Below are positions 7,601 to 15,550 of a DNA stretch of 17,605 nt, piece by piece (within the stretch, counting starts at the first letter, position 1; the number at the start of each line of letters is the position of its first letter). A model generated the notes under the pieces. It did no database searches, was not told the origin of the DNA, and saw nothing but the letters and a program-made list of their open reading frames with translations. This stretch comes from a virus. Taxonomy: Duplodnaviria; Heunggongvirae; Uroviricota; Caudoviricetes. Location: the IMG/VR virus record IMGVR_UViG_2675903413_000004, positions 1 to 17,605 of that record; one strand, given 5' to 3'. The position numbers and the translations under genes were made by a program.

Positions 7601-8304
7601 GCTTTCCCCTTAATATCCTGCGCCTTAACATCCCAGCCAAAACCTATGGCCTGAAGCTGACGCGCCAGCGCCTTGTCAAATTCATCATCATTCATGCCCA
7701 GAAACACACGAGCAGGAAGATCCACTGTCCAGCTGGTTTTCACGGCTTTATTACTGAGTTTTCGAATCAGCAGCCCCGCCTGGCTGTATGGCATCGTTTT
7801 GGTGATTTCGCCCTGTGTGGGCTTTTTCCATCTCTTACCGGTTTTCACCCGGTACCCCAGCGCCCGTAATTTTTTGGCCTGGGCAGGCGTCGCCATTTTC
7901 CCGGCCTCTGCCTTCCGTGGCTGATTACTGCGGCTGACCTTTACGCGCATTCCGTTTTGTTGCGCGTACCCCACCGTTCCGGCTGGTACCGGCGCTTCCC
8001 CGTTCCGGTATCCACCGCCCTGTAAATAGATCCGCACAGCCTGAATTTCTGGCATTTCACGGATATGCAGCAGCTTTGGCAGGTTGCGCAGCATCTTCCC
8101 TTTGCGTTTTGTCTTACGTCCCGGCCACTTCTGGCCATCCGGGGATTCCTGATTGCGCACATGCCGCTTTGCCGCAGCAATCACGCCATATTTGGCCAGA
8201 CGCCAGATCAGACGCTGCCGTTTTCTCGGCGGCAGCTCCATGCTGGCCAGTGCCTTGCGCAATTCGGCCAGCTGTTTTTTATTCAGCTCGCCACCGGCAA
8301 TCAT
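7597..8304 (-). CDS. Phage virion morphogenesis / tail completion protein (P2 gpS-like) with a long basic C-terminal extension
   Basis: 235 aa; N-terminal region (LAELRKALASM...ESPDGQKW...GYAQQNGMR) fits the PDG..W / YA..Q.G pattern of the virion-morphogenesis (gpS) family as recalled. ATGA overlaps at both ends (8301-8304 and 7597-7600). Confidence 0.5.
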   Translation of the reverse strand: MIAGGELNKKQLAELRKALASMELPPRKRQRLIWRLAKYGVIAAAKRHVRNQESPDGQKWPGRKTKRKGKMLRNLPKLLHIREMPEIQAVRIYLQGGGYRNGEAPVPAGTVGYAQQNGMRVKVSRSNQPRKAEAGKMATPAQAKKLRALGYRVKTGKRWKKPTQGEITKTMPYSQAGLLIRKLSNKAVKTSWTVDLPARVFLGMNDDEFDKALARQLQAIGFGWDVKAQDIKGKA

Positions 8305-8537
8305 TCGCTATCCCCCACCGGCGCACCGGCCTCATCCACGCTGTAAATACTGGCGGTCAGTGCCGTCCAGATTTCAGGCTCAACCAGTGACCAGCGCTCA
8401 CCCCGCCACGGAATAGCCCCGTTTTCGTCCTGCCTGATCACCAGTTCTTCTACCATCGGAACAGTCAGCACCACAGTGGCCACTTCCTCATCCTCCACCG
8501 ACACATCCCAGTCAGGTTCAGCTTCACTCAGCCCCAC
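8301..8537 (-). CDS. Small acidic hypothetical protein, first gene of the late operon (possibly 5'-truncated)
   Basis: 78 aa, very Asp/Glu-rich, GTG start at 8535-8537 directly abutting the junction with the oppositely oriented terminase fragment; stop overlaps the next gene's ATG. Confidence 0.35.
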   Translation of the reverse strand: MGLSEAEPDWDVSVEDEEVATVVLTVPMVEELVIRQDENGAIPWRGERWSLVEPEIWTALTASIYSVDEAGAPVGDSE

Positions 8538-8554
8538 TTCATCCAGTAGTTCCC

Positions 8555-8926
8555 TGTCTGGGAGTAGACGTTACCGGCATTGGCCAGGGTGTTTTTGACA
8601 ACATTCAGCATTTTGCCATGCGCGTGGCCGTCCCTATTCGTTACGACCTGAACACCAAAAATCAACTGGTGCTGAAAGCGGTGGACGTGGTGGAAAGCCA
8701 ACGTATTGAGTGGGATAAAAACCTGAAAGAGATCGCGGCCAGCTTTATGTCTGTGCGCCGAACCACCACACAAAGCGGCAACGCCATGACGTTTGTCGCT
8801 GACCGCAGCCAGGATACTGGCCACGCGGAGGCGTTCTGGGCGATTACCCACGGTCTGCATAACGAACCCCTTAACTATGAAAACAAACCTAAATCCCGCT
8901 GGGGTGTAAGGAAAGAGGCAGCATGA
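8555..8926 (+). pseudogene. 5'-truncated remnant of terminase large (ATPase) subunit gene (gpP-like), C-terminal ~100-120 codons only
   Basis: Frame is open from 8438 to a stop at 8924-8926 that overlaps the portal ATG, but the only ATG (8618) has no SD. Protein-like sequence (..CLGVDVTGIGQGVFDNIQHFA-MRVAV..) begins about 8555 with no start codon. In P2-family phages the gene immediately upstream of the portal is terminase P. Confidence 0.4.
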
Positions 8927-9984
8927 GTAAAAAGAAACGCTTTGTTAAGCGCGACCAGCGCGGCGACAAATCAAAAAAGATGAGCATTATCACATTCGGC
9001 AAACCTGAACCGGTTCTGACTACCGGCACAGATTACCGTGATATCTGGTACGACAATGCCGCCGATCACTTCACCCAGCCGATTGACCGGCTGGCACTCG
9101 CACAGCTGATTAATCTTAACGGTCAGCACGGCGGCATCATTCACGCCCGCAAAAACATGATTGTTTCAGACTACCTGGGGGGCGGGCTTATTCACGACCA
9201 GCTGGAAGCGGCAGCGTTTGACTATATAACCTTTGGGGATATTGCGATTGCCAAAATTCGTAACGGCTGGGGCGACGTGATCGCACTTGAACCCTTGCCC
9301 GGTCTGTATATTCGCCGCCGCAAAGTCAGAGATAACGCCCTGGATAAGCCCGGTGACTACGTGGTGTTACAGGAAGGAGAACCGCAGGTATGGCCAGAAG
9401 AAGATATTATCTTCATCAAAATGTATGACCCACAACAGCATATCTACGGACTGCCGGACTACATCGGCGGTGTGCATTCCGCGTTACTTAACAGTGAAGC
9501 GGTCATTTTCCGACGCCGCTATTACCACAACGGTGCGCACACAGGCGGTATTCTTTATACTCGCGATCCCAGCATGACGGACGAAATGGAGGAAGAAATT
9601 GAACAGCAGCTGCGTGACAGCAAAGGGATCGGTAACTTCTCCACCATCCTTGTAAACATTCCCGGTGGAGACGGCGACGCCATCAAATTCATTGAAATGG
9701 GGGATATTTCCGCGAAGGATGAATTTGCCAACATCAAAAACATCAGCGCCCAGGACATTCTGAACGCGCACCGTTTCCCTGCCGGCCTCGCCGGTATTGT
9801 CCCGCAGAACACTGCCGGACTGGGGGATGTTGAAAAGGCTGAACGCATTTACAAGAAAAGCGAAATTGCCCCCATCCAGCGCCGTTTCATGCTGGCCGTT
9901 AACAACGATCCTGAAATACCGGAAAGGCTACACCTTAACTTTGATTTAAGTTACACAGAATCAACGGATAAGGGTGCGGCATGA
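8923..9984 (+). CDS. Q: Portal protein (P2 gpQ-like)
   Basis: 353 aa starting MSKKKRF... with GAGG SD 5 nt upstream. Long stretches (DYRDIWYD, RLALAQLINLN, HGGI, ARKNMIV, AVIFRRRYYHNGAH, ISAKDEFANIKNISAQD-LNAHRFPAGLAGI-PQNT-GLGD) match the P2 portal as recalled; needs search confirmation. Confidence 0.7.
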   Translation: MSKKKRFVKRDQRGDKSKKMSIITFGKPEPVLTTGTDYRDIWYDNAADHFTQPIDRLALAQLINLNGQHGGIIHARKNMIVSDYLGGGLIHDQLEAAAFDYITFGDIAIAKIRNGWGDVIALEPLPGLYIRRRKVRDNALDKPGDYVVLQEGEPQVWPEEDIIFIKMYDPQQHIYGLPDYIGGVHSALLNSEAVIFRRRYYHNGAHTGGILYTRDPSMTDEMEEEIEQQLRDSKGIGNFSTILVNIPGGDGDAIKFIEMGDISAKDEFANIKNISAQDILNAHRFPAGLAGIVPQNTAGLGDVEKAERIYKKSEIAPIQRRFMLAVNNDPEIPERLHLNFDLSYTESTDKGAA

Positions 9985-10034
9985 GGCGAAAGAGGCTAAA
10001 ATCCAGGCATCATTTAACAGCTGGAGCATGGAAT

Positions 10035-10304
10035 ATGCGAGTTCTGAAAATCGAATGCCCGGAATGCGGCTCAAAGGCTGTTATTCGTAAAACAAACAGG
10101 AAGCACCGGCAGATTGCCGATATTTACTGTGCCTGTTCAGATGTTGAGTGTGGCCACACGTTTGTTATGAATCTGACGTTCTCCCACACTCTCAGCCCCA
10201 GCGCTAAAACGGGTGATGCGATGGTGCAAAAAATACTGAATGCACTTTCACCCGATCAGCGCCAGATGGCATTAGACCTACTGAAAGCGACTCCCGCCGC
10301 CTGA
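10035..10304 (+). CDS. ogr: Ogr/Delta-family zinc-finger late-gene transcriptional activator
   Basis: ORF track 9981..10304; the ATG at 10035 has GGAG 8 nt upstream and places the zinc finger at the N-terminus as in Ogr. Motif CPECG-x20-CACSDVECGHTF matches the Ogr/Delta C-x2-C...C-x4-C-x2-TF signature. The 9981 start (ATGA-coupled to portal stop) is not excluded. Confidence 0.75.
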   Translation: MRVLKIECPECGSKAVIRKTNRKHRQIADIYCACSDVECGHTFVMNLTFSHTLSPSAKTGDAMVQKILNALSPDQRQMALDLLKATPAA

Positions 10305-10484
10305 AATGCCCCCATTCTGGGGGCGTTGCCCTTCCTTTTTAACTATTTCGCGAACCTCTCCCGCAAGCTCTCCAATCCAGGCCAAAGCGATTGTTTTTTC
10401 TCTCTGGTTACTTTCGTAAACATGGGCAATTTTGGCCAATAACTCAATGCGTTCCAGCTGTGCCGACGCCTCCAAAAGATCCAT
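10278..10484 (-). CDS. Hypothetical small protein (68 aa) between replication gene and late activator
   Basis: ATG at 10482-10484 preceded by GGGGG 4 nt upstream; N-terminal 50 residues look helical and protein-like. The 3' end overlaps the ogr stop and the hairpin, so the true end is doubtful. Confidence 0.25.
   Translation of the reverse strand: MDLLEASAQLERIELLAKIAHVYESNQREKTIALAWIGELAGEVREIVKKEGQRPQNGGISGGGSRFQ
10308..10340 (+). terminator. Possible (non-canonical) terminator after the late activator gene
   Basis: Perfect 6-bp GC stem GCCCCC (10308-10313), loop ATTCT, GGGGGC (10319-10324), but the T5 run (10336-10340) is 11 nt downstream rather than adjacent. Confidence 0.3.
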
Positions 10485-10603
10485 TTAGCCCCCACAAGCA
10501 ATAAATAACTGGATATACATACAGTACACCTTAAAGCACGAATTGTGAAATTTAATTTCCTGCCATCTACTGACAAATGAATGCCTTTCACATAATTACA
10601 CCG

Positions 10604-12625
10604 CTATAACCACCCCGGCCACAGTTCCTGCAATGGCTCGTTTTGAGTCTCTTTAAGCCGCCCGTTGCGGTAAATCAGAGCGCCCTGACCAAATCTCAAA
10701 CCACTACCCCGCAAGAGAATGGCTATTTCTTCATCAGAACCATCAAAACCCCGACTGCGTAATTCCAGTTTTAACCGTCTGCGGGTTCCCCCCTCCGTAC
10801 AGTTATTGACAGAACTCCAAGGGGCGGCGTTGCCGCCAGAAAAACCCGCCTCCGCTGGCGCTTCGGCCAACTTCGCAACCTTTTGCCACTTAACCAGACG
10901 GGTGCAAACTTCTGAATCAGGAACCAAAGGAGAATAAACCCCCTGTATGCGCTGCACGTCCTCTGCATACTCGTTGCCCTGTTCCGTAATTTCATAGGCC
11001 AGACGAACAACCAGATCACGGCGGGCAACCAGTGCACCGCCCTGCGCCTGGGTATATGCAGCCCAGTCCCCGACATCAGCAGCGGCCAGAACCGCATCCA
11101 TTCTGCGATCGGTCAGCACCTGATCCCGCAACCGACGCAGCTCACGCCAGACAGTTACCGGCGCACCACCAATCTGCTGAAACTGACGAATACGCCAGCG
11201 TGAAGCCCATGCAGAAACGGACTTAGCCATATCACGCAGGTTTTCGCCGGTTTCTTCGTCATGCTCACCATCCAGCGCAAAACCATCAATATTTTTTGAA
11301 ATGTATTTCGCGATGTAGCCCGTGGCCGAACCTTTGGCGGGATCGATAGCTTCAACATGAAAACGCGCCTTCAGCGCCTTTTCAGATTGCAGTTCTTCAG
11401 AATCGGTAATTCTGGCGTGATAGCAAAGAATATCGCGTACCGTGTCCACGTCATGCGGACGCATAAAAAGCAACATATGCCAGTGCGGTGTCCCGTCATG
11501 GTGAGGCTCAACAACCCGAAACCCAAATACATGAATACCCGCACGCGAGATCGCTGCGCGTGCTTTTGCCCATACGCCGCATAAATAGCGCTGGGTATCC
11601 TGCGGCGTACATCCATCCCATTGCGATACAAAGCCACCTTTGCTGTGCACTGCGTGGAAACGTGATGGCGCGGTGATGGTGTAAAACTCACCGGCCAGCC
11701 CTTCTTCATTGGCCATATCTTCAAACCCTCGCATTCTTACCATTAGTTCACATCGACGGATCGCCGGATTTGCAACGCTGCGGTGCACCATGCTGTCCAG
11801 TGCAATGCGCAGCCCCTCATCATTCAGCAGATCAAACTTTTTAAAGAACTCCAGATTCCGCTTTTTCTGGTCTATCCATTCGTCCAGTGTTTTGCGGGAT
11901 ACATAAGCGCTGGCCGCTTTTTGTACCTGTCCCACCGCGATGGCCATATGTTCGCGCTGCATATCACGCGCACGTTTAAGACGTAGGTACCACCATTCCG
12001 GCGCCATCATGCGCAGTATCCCGGATTCCGCCTTACGCATTTCCAGTTGACCTTCATTGGCCTCATGTTCAGCCCAGTACGGCGGCTGGTTATTCAGCAT
12101 CAGGCAACCCGCGCAAAGATGGCGGTATGATTCCAAGGTGCGGCGATGCAGCTCTCTGGCGTCGTCAGTGCCAGAGTCAAACTGTTCGGTGAAGTCATAA
12201 AGTGACTGGGAAATCCAACCAGATACCTGGCCAGCCAGTTTTTTAAGATCAGGACGGTCTAGTGACGGCAAGCGCTCCAGCGACTTACCAAAAGGAAGAT
12301 CAGCAGCGTCAGCGGCCAGCGAGTAACGCGCAGCCACTTTGCGCAGACGTGGCAATACACTCCCGCCGATAGTCTGGCGCAGGAATGTATTGGCACGGCG
12401 ACGCCCGTCACGACCAGCAAACAGCTTTTCGTAACGACGGCCAAAATACCCGGCTAACCAGTCGGGTATCTCATGAAGGTACTGTGAGCGCCATTCGTAA
12501 TCCTGCGGGTTAACCGCCCACAGGCGGCGCTCAGTGAGCGTGGCGTCTGTAGGTGTACCCGGTGCGAACGTTTCACGCCGCCAGGTATCGACGGCGTGAT
12601 GTTGGCCATTGGCGACAGGAGTCAT
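10604..12625 (-). CDS. Rolling-circle replication initiation protein (P2 gpA / 186 RepA family, HUH endonuclease)
   Basis: 673 aa; HUH-like motif GTPHWHMLLF and catalytic-tyrosine motif GYIAKYISKNIDG; position downstream of the cII-early operon as in P2/186. ATG at 12623-12625. Confidence 0.8.
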   Translation of the reverse strand: MTPVANGQHHAVDTWRRETFAPGTPTDATLTERRLWAVNPQDYEWRSQYLHEIPDWLAGYFGRRYEKLFAGRDGRRRANTFLRQTIGGSVLPRLRKVAARYSLAADAADLPFGKSLERLPSLDRPDLKKLAGQVSGWISQSLYDFTEQFDSGTDDARELHRRTLESYRHLCAGCLMLNNQPPYWAEHEANEGQLEMRKAESGILRMMAPEWWYLRLKRARDMQREHMAIAVGQVQKAASAYVSRKTLDEWIDQKKRNLEFFKKFDLLNDEGLRIALDSMVHRSVANPAIRRCELMVRMRGFEDMANEEGLAGEFYTITAPSRFHAVHSKGGFVSQWDGCTPQDTQRYLCGVWAKARAAISRAGIHVFGFRVVEPHHDGTPHWHMLLFMRPHDVDTVRDILCYHARITDSEELQSEKALKARFHVEAIDPAKGSATGYIAKYISKNIDGFALDGEHDEETGENLRDMAKSVSAWASRWRIRQFQQIGGAPVTVWRELRRLRDQVLTDRRMDAVLAAADVGDWAAYTQAQGGALVARRDLVVRLAYEITEQGNEYAEDVQRIQGVYSPLVPDSEVCTRLVKWQKVAKLAEAPAEAGFSGGNAAPWSSVNNCTEGGTRRRLKLELRSRGFDGSDEEIAILLRGSGLRFGQGALIYRNGRLKETQNEPLQELWPGWL

Positions 12626-13482
12626 GCGCAGGCCATCGCTATAGAACCAAGCGGCGACTTCAGAATTAACTCTGCGGCAACTTTCTGGCTTGCAGCTGCG
12701 GCACCAACACTACGTGGGGCATTAATGCGAACGGCTTCAAATCCGGCGTACAGGTAATGCACCATTTCCAGATCGGCATTAGAGGCCACAACCGGCACAC
12801 CTTTTCTGGCCAGACGGCGCAACTTACGCGCCAGCCTCCCCTGATCCATGTGCGAAAAACCGCGCTCATGGTAAGCGGTGAAATTGTCGCTTTCAGTCAG
12901 ATAAGGCGGATCACAGTAAACAACGTCATTCCCGTCCCGAACCAAATCGAGCGTTTCTGAATAGTGGGCAGTAATGAACGTTGCGCGTTTCGCTTTTTCA
13001 GCAAAGGCACGGATTTCATCAGCGGGAAAATAAGGCTTTTTGTACTTACCGAACGGGACGTTGAACTGGCCTCGGCGATTATACCGGCACAGGCCATTGA
13101 AGCAGTGGCGATTCAGGTACAGGAAACGCGCAGCATTTTCAACAGATTCAGAACCGGCCTTACCACCAGAAAGATTGAAAGCATCACGCACTGCGTAATA
13201 GAAAATGGCACGGCTTTCTTCATCACCTAACGAACCGGCAGTAAACAGGATCTCCAGCTCATTCAGCAGCGCATCAGTGTGATACGCCATCGCCTTATAA
13301 AGATTAACCAGATCAGGATTCACATCTGCGATCAGATACTCGTCATAATCCGTATTCATCATGACAGCGCAGGAACCTGCGAACGGTTCAACCAGGCGTT
13401 TACCTTCTGGAAGGTGCGGACGCAGCATAGGCATAATGCGGGCTTTGCTGCCCACCCATTTAAGCGGAGTTTTTATTGCCAT
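12622..13482 (-). CDS. dam: DNA adenine methyltransferase, Dam family (N6-adenine, probable GATC specificity)
   Basis: ORF track starts at TTG 13503; first ATG is 13480-13482 (MAIKTPLKWVGSKARIM...). Motif I VEPFAGSCAV, motif IV DPPY, and FLYLNRHCFNGLCRYNRRGQFNVPFGKYKKPYFP almost identical in pattern to E. coli Dam. Stop overlaps the repA ATG (ATGA). Confidence 0.85.
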   Translation of the reverse strand: MAIKTPLKWVGSKARIMPMLRPHLPEGKRLVEPFAGSCAVMMNTDYDEYLIADVNPDLVNLYKAMAYHTDALLNELEILFTAGSLGDEESRAIFYYAVRDAFNLSGGKAGSESVENAARFLYLNRHCFNGLCRYNRRGQFNVPFGKYKKPYFPADEIRAFAEKAKRATFITAHYSETLDLVRDGNDVVYCDPPYLTESDNFTAYHERGFSHMDQGRLARKLRRLARKGVPVVASNADLEMVHYLYAGFEAVRINAPRSVGAAAASQKVAAELILKSPLGSIAMACA

Positions 13483-13706
13483 GCCGCACCGCCTTTGCTG
13501 CAAATCGCCGCGGCTTCTTCGCGGATCAACTCAACGATTTCCGTTGCGCTTAAACCTTCATTGGCTGCATGGGTGGCCAGCTTATTCAGACGGGTGGAAC
13601 ACAAATCAGCAGCAGCGGCTTTACCTTCCTGCGTGGCTTTGGTGAGCATTGCCAGCAGGTCAGTGACTGATTTTGTTGCGGGTAAATCCTGACGTGTCAT
13701 ATGCAT
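13473..13706 (-). CDS. Hypothetical early protein (77 aa)
   Basis: ATG at 13704-13706 with AGGA 9 nt upstream; Ala-rich helical protein; stop lies inside the start region of dam. Confidence 0.45.
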   Translation of the reverse strand: MHMTRQDLPATKSVTDLLAMLTKATQEGKAAAADLCSTRLNKLATHAANEGLSATEIVELIREEAAAICSKGGAAWQ

Positions 13707-13773
13707 TTTGGTTTCCTTAAGGCAAAAGAATCCCCGGCCACTTGAAACATGGCCAAAAAATTCAGGCGGTTAA

Positions 13774-14175
13774 TTAGTGAAAAGTGGGGTGTACTGTGGC
13801 AGCTGAGTAGTTCGGTACCGGAATCAGGTGCAGTTCATAGGTTGTCCGCCACCACTCCTGGATCAGTGCATTTATCTCGCCAACTCCCAGCGCCCCGGCT
13901 GTATAGAAAATCGCACGAATCCCCGCCAGCGCTTCTATCTGGGCTTCTTTGCTTTCCGCTTCGCGATACACGCAGCACCAGAAAGCGGCATTGATCGCCA
14001 GCCAGTGACGCGGATTCGTCATGTGCTCGGTGTCATTGAAGAAGAACGGATGCAAAGCGATGCGGCCATTTTTACTGGTGCTTTTCTCTGTAAACACTAC
14101 AGCGTAGTTATGCGGGACACCCCACACAGCCAGTTCAGCCCCCAACGATTTACCCTCAACGGAAATAATGGTCAT
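13774..14175 (-). CDS. Hypothetical early protein (133 aa)
   Basis: ATG at 14173-14175 overlaps the upstream stop TAA (14175-14177) by one nucleotide (TAATG); coding-like composition; no recognised motif. Confidence 0.5.
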   Translation of the reverse strand: MTIISVEGKSLGAELAVWGVPHNYAVVFTEKSTSKNGRIALHPFFFNDTEHMTNPRHWLAINAAFWCCVYREAESKEAQIEALAGIRAIFYTAGALGVGEINALIQEWWRTTYELHLIPVPNYSAATVHPTFH

Positions 14176-14798
14176 TAGTGATTCCCCTGTTGCTGGAACT
14201 TATGGACGATATGAGGTGCAATCACCATCTGTACCCCACTACTGCTATAAATTGGATGTGCCTTTTTGATCGGGCGGTTCGCGGTGCGCTTTGAAAAATC
14301 GCTGTCACGTAAACTGCCGAAACCTTCAAACGTTAACCGCGCCCGTGAAATGCCCTGGCGCAGTTGAATCATGTCCCGATAGCCCAGGCGTTCATAAATC
14401 TCACGCCAGCAACATTTGCTTAAGTGGGCTTTAAATGCCCCGGAACCAGAAGTAACCGCAGCAGCATGAAGCACCACGCCGCGCCACTCCGGTGTTAAGT
14501 TGTCCCACCATTCAGCGGCCTCGCTGCTTTCGTTGAAGTATTTGCGGCGGATCTGTTTTAAATGCTCCAGCCCGCGCTTTTGCTGTTCCTGGCTAATCGC
14601 CATAACGCCCCCTATAGTCCCATCAGACGACGCCACCACGGGCGGCGCGGCTGCTGGCCATTGAATTTGTACATGTGGCCAGGGTTCCAGCGCTGACCGT
14701 TTGGCAGTTCTATCCAGCCCGTTGAACCACTCGGCAACTGCATGGCTGGTGATTCTTTTTTCAGGTAAGTGACAAACGCTTTCATGGTGTTCCCTCAC
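14175..14798 (-). CDS. Hypothetical early protein (207 aa from GTG, or 142 aa from internal ATG at 14603)
   Basis: GTG start at 14796-14798 overlaps the cII stop (GTGA); alternative ATG at 14601-14603 has GGGGG 4 nt upstream. Trp-rich segment EWWDNLTPEWRGVV; no recognised family. Confidence 0.5.
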   Translation of the reverse strand: MREHHESVCHLPEKRITSHAVAEWFNGLDRTAKRSALEPWPHVQIQWPAAAPPVVASSDGTIGGVMAISQEQQKRGLEHLKQIRRKYFNESSEAAEWWDNLTPEWRGVVLHAAAVTSGSGAFKAHLSKCCWREIYERLGYRDMIQLRQGISRARLTFEGFGSLRDSDFSKRTANRPIKKAHPIYSSSGVQMVIAPHIVHKFQQQGNH

Positions 14799-15298
14799 AT
14801 CAGGCCGGTGGCGTTGGTTGTGACCAGCTCCACCGCCGCAGCCAGAACAGGCGCAGAGTGAATACGGCTTTCAACGGTATAAGCCAGCACGGATAAGCTA
14901 CGGATTGCATCGCGGGCACGATCCAGAATTTGAGTACGGCGGGCGGCAGTCATATAGCCAGTTGATACGGCTTCCCCAGCAATCGCGCCCACACTGGCTG
15001 TGGCACTCAGTGCGCACAACTGCATGTTGCCTTCTGTGGCATTGTTCACCGGCACGGATGGAAGGCAGTTAATCTGACCTAACATCCCATCAAGCAAACG
15101 CGCATCTTCGGTGTAATCCGTGATAGCCAAAAGCTCATCACAGGTCAGGCGGTGCGGTTGTGCTGGGTTCAGTTTGTTGCGCAGGATCTGCGGCCTCATA
15201 CCAACGGCAGCGGCCACATCTTCAAGATTGTGCTCAATTGCAAATGCTCGGCAAGCCGCATCAAAGTGCGCATGTTTAGAGGTCTGGTAATCAAACAT
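14795..15298 (-). CDS. cII: CII-like lysogeny-establishment transcriptional activator (phage 186 CII family)
   Basis: 167 aa beginning MFDYQTSKHAHFDAACRAFA..., with ..RNKLNPAQPH.. matching 186 CII as recalled; GGGAGAGG SD upstream; second gene of the operon divergent from cI. Confidence 0.65.
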   Translation of the reverse strand: MFDYQTSKHAHFDAACRAFAIEHNLEDVAAAVGMRPQILRNKLNPAQPHRLTCDELLAITDYTEDARLLDGMLGQINCLPSVPVNNATEGNMQLCALSATASVGAIAGEAVSTGYMTAARRTQILDRARDAIRSLSVLAYTVESRIHSAPVLAAAVELVTTNATGLM

Positions 15299-15328
15299 TG
15301 TTTGCCTCTCCCGAATCCGTAGGATGGA

Positions 15329-15550
15329 TTACGCGTTAAGCGAAATGTCACATTCGCTTAAAGCCTGAATAGTGAGCGCGGCCATGTTGACTTCGACCAA
15401 GCCTTTCTTCTGCTTACCCTTCGGCTTAATAGGTAATTTCCCGTATTCGATCAGGTTCCTGGCGGTTTCTTTGTTGGTACCAGTACGGCGGCAATACTCG
15501 TCTAAAGGCAGGTATGGCTCAGGGATGATGATTGTAATGTTCGGACGCAT
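15329..15550 (-). CDS. apl: Apl/Cox-like excisionase and lytic-switch regulator (phage 186 Apl family)
   Basis: ORF track starts at TTG 15583; first ATG is 15548-15550 (MRPNITIIIPEPYLPLDEYCRRTG...), GGAG 8 nt upstream. Small basic protein, first gene of the operon divergent from cI, as in 186. Confidence 0.6.
   Translation of the reverse strand: MRPNITIIIPEPYLPLDEYCRRTGTNKETARNLIEYGKLPIKPKGKQKKGLVEVNMAALTIQALSECDISLNA

Noticed and set aside
8595-8600. Plus-strand perfect TTGACA inside the terminase fragment
   Set aside because: No acceptable -10 hexamer 16-19 bp downstream, and it lies inside a reading frame.
8528-8860. 110-aa minus-strand ORF overlapping the terminase fragment
   Set aside because: Antisense to the frame that is continuous with the portal gene; His/Arg-rich junk-like translation.
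9985-10003. GGCGAAAGAGGCTAAAATC after the portal stop as a possible P2-type 19-nt cohesive end
   Set aside because: Only about half the positions agree with the P2 cos sequence as I recall it (GGCGAGGCGGGGAAAGCAC); too weak without an alignment.
10343-10591. 82-aa minus-strand ORF immediately after repA
   Set aside because: GTG start, no SD, Trp/Arg/Cys-rich low-complexity translation; overlaps the more protein-like 10278..10484 frame.
11032-12444. Multiple short ORFs on both strands within repA (11032..11226, 11155..11358, 11357..11584, 11371..11724, 11488..11676, 11709..11986, 12259..12444)
   Set aside because: All nested in the 673-aa replication gene, which has HUH and catalytic-Tyr motifs; translations are low-complexity.
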